Shown in pieces: positions 63,110 through 64,000 of a DNA stretch of 64,000 nt; position 1 is the first letter of the stretch; every line of letters starts with the position of its first letter. Origin of the DNA: Halothiobacillus sp. (lineage in GTDB: Bacteria; Pseudomonadota; Gammaproteobacteria; JAAZVP01). The notes under the pieces are model-generated. The model made no database searches and was not told the DNA's origin. It saw only the letters and a program-made list of their open reading frames with translations. Position numbers and translations under genes: made by a program. The stretch covers positions 3,466 through 67,465 of the forward strand of contig JAAZVP010000003.1 of assembly GCA_018623495.1 (NCBI GenBank). Reading direction: 5' to 3'.

Positions 63110-63240
63110 GCGAGGCAAGGCGCAGGGGCCCCGGGGTGCAACGATCAAGCGCCTGAGACGACCGAACCAACGGTCAATGGCCTGGCGTCCCTGGCGCCTT
63201 GGCGAGAGGCGCTACCCTCTGCGGTGTCCCGGTGAGGGAG
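63110..63240 (+). repeat. Copy B of the roughly 135-nt structured intergenic repeat (copy A at 46430-46569)
   Basis: Shares the conserved 5' and 3' modules with copy A but has a variable centre. It lies about 20 nt upstream of the bidirectional terminator at 63263-63293. Confidence 0.6.
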
Positions 63241-63262
63241 TCCCGCCGAGGTGCGATGCACC

Positions 63263-63293
63263 AAAAAAAACCCGGCGGGTGCCGGGTTCTTCT
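63263..63293. terminator. Bidirectional Rho-independent terminator (rpmG on the minus strand; hyuA or the repeat on the plus strand)
   Basis: AAAAAAAA-CCCGGC-GGGT-GCCGGG-TTCTTCT. Confidence 0.85.
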
Positions 63294-63296
63294 GGA

Positions 63297-63452
63297 TCAC
63301 TTGATCTTGGCTTCCTTGTAGATCACGTGCTTGCGCACCACCGGGTCGTACTTCTTCATCTGCATCTTGTCCGGAGTGTTGCGCTTGTTCTTGTCGGTCG
63401 TGTAGAAGTGACCGGTGCCGGCAGTCGACACGAGCTTGATCTTGTCTCGCAT
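63297..63452 (-). CDS. rpmG: 50S ribosomal protein L33
   Basis: [51 protein letters not shown]. Confidence 0.9.
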   Translation of the reverse strand: MRDKIKLVSTAGTGHFYTTDKNKRNTPDKMQMKKYDPVVRKHVIYKEAKIK

Positions 63453-63463
63453 GGTATGGCCCC

Positions 63464-63700
63464 TCAGACTCGCTCGCCGCGTGCACGCATGTCGCTCAGC
63501 ACGGCGTCGATACCCTTCTTGTCGATGATCCGCATGCCCTTGGAGGAAACACGCAGCTTGACCCAACGGTTCTCGCTCTCCACCCAGAACCGGTGGTTGT
63601 GCAGGTTGGGCTCGAAACGGCGACGCGTCTTGTTGTGCGCGTGAGAGACGTTGTTGCCAGTCTTCGGCCGCTTTCCGGTTACCTGACATACTCGGGACAT
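63464..63700 (-). CDS. rpmB: 50S ribosomal protein L28
   Basis: [52 protein letters not shown]. Confidence 0.9.
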   Translation of the reverse strand: MSRVCQVTGKRPKTGNNVSHAHNKTRRRFEPNLHNHRFWVESENRWVKLRVSSKGMRIIDKKGIDAVLSDMRARGERV

Positions 63701-63844
63701 GGCAGTCTCCAACAACAATAATCAGAAATCCGTAAAGCCGCGCATCATAGAGCAAAGCGCGCCGGCGCACAAGCACCGGGTTCGCCCGGGGGTGGCCGGC
63801 GCCCGGGCCAGGGTTTATAGTCGCGCGCTCGGCATCGAGAAGGC

Positions 63845-64000
63845 ATCCGGGGGTGCGCTTGGACACCATCTTCATCACCGACCTGCAGATCGAGACCATC
63901 ATCGGCGTCTACGACTGGGAACGCCATACCCCGCAGACCGTGGCCATCGACCTGGAGATGGCCGCCGACATCGGCGCGGCGGTGCGCACGGACGACATCC
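63845..64000 (+). CDS. folB: Dihydroneopterin aldolase. Partial: the N-terminal 52 codons, running off the window end
   Basis: The GTG-started frame gives [49 protein letters not shown], which is the canonical FolB N-terminus. Confidence 0.7.
   Translation, partial: MRGCAWTPSSSPTCRSRPSSASTTGNAIPRRPWPSTWRWPPTSARRCARTTS

Overview
This 64-kb window is a high-GC (about 68%) gammaproteobacterial chromosome segment made almost entirely of conserved housekeeping operons. The gene order resembles Pseudomonas and Ectothiorhodospiraceae, and the ectABC cluster is the kind of ectoine operon found in halophilic lineages. On the minus strand I read exbB-exbD-msbA, then pyrF-lapB-ihfB-rpsA-cmk-aroA-tyrA-hisC-pheA-serA-serC-gyrA, then rsmJ-argA-argF-argD and sodB. 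On the plus strand I read hyuB, asnB and grxD, then on the minus strand rnt, a GAF-PAS-GGDEF-EAL protein, pyrC, a DsrE-like protein, folE2 and folX. A folM gene sits divergent from folX, followed by a multi-PAS GGDEF protein. The complete cbb3 oxidase locus ccoNOQP-ccoGHIS follows, then rpoH-ftsX-ftsE-ftsY on the minus strand. The rest of the plus strand carries a tandem pair of M16 peptidases, rsmD, coaD, a YfhL-type ferredoxin, ggt, ectABC and hyuA, with mutM, rpmG and rpmB on the minus strand and a partial folB at the window end. I found no tRNA or rRNA genes, no CRISPR array, no transposase or integrase, and no recognisable defence island. I do not see a clearly novel multi-gene system. 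The least explained signals are listed below.
- A roughly 135-nt structured intergenic element present in two diverged copies. One copy sits inside an unusually long ccoI-ccoS spacer and the other lies 3' of hyuA.
- A 32-codon hydrophobic ORF with strong GC3 codon bias immediately after ccoS.
- hyuA and hyuB, which normally sit side by side, separated by 36 kb.
- A ccoH with an N-terminal extension.
- A perfect inverted repeat in the divergent promoter shared by ccoN and the PAS-GGDEF gene.
- A tight G-quadruplex motif where lapA would be expected. I could not find a lapA gene there.
CDS coordinates come from the ORF track, with start codons refined by homology and ribosome-binding-site inspection. 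Coordinates of non-coding features are accurate to about 2 nt.
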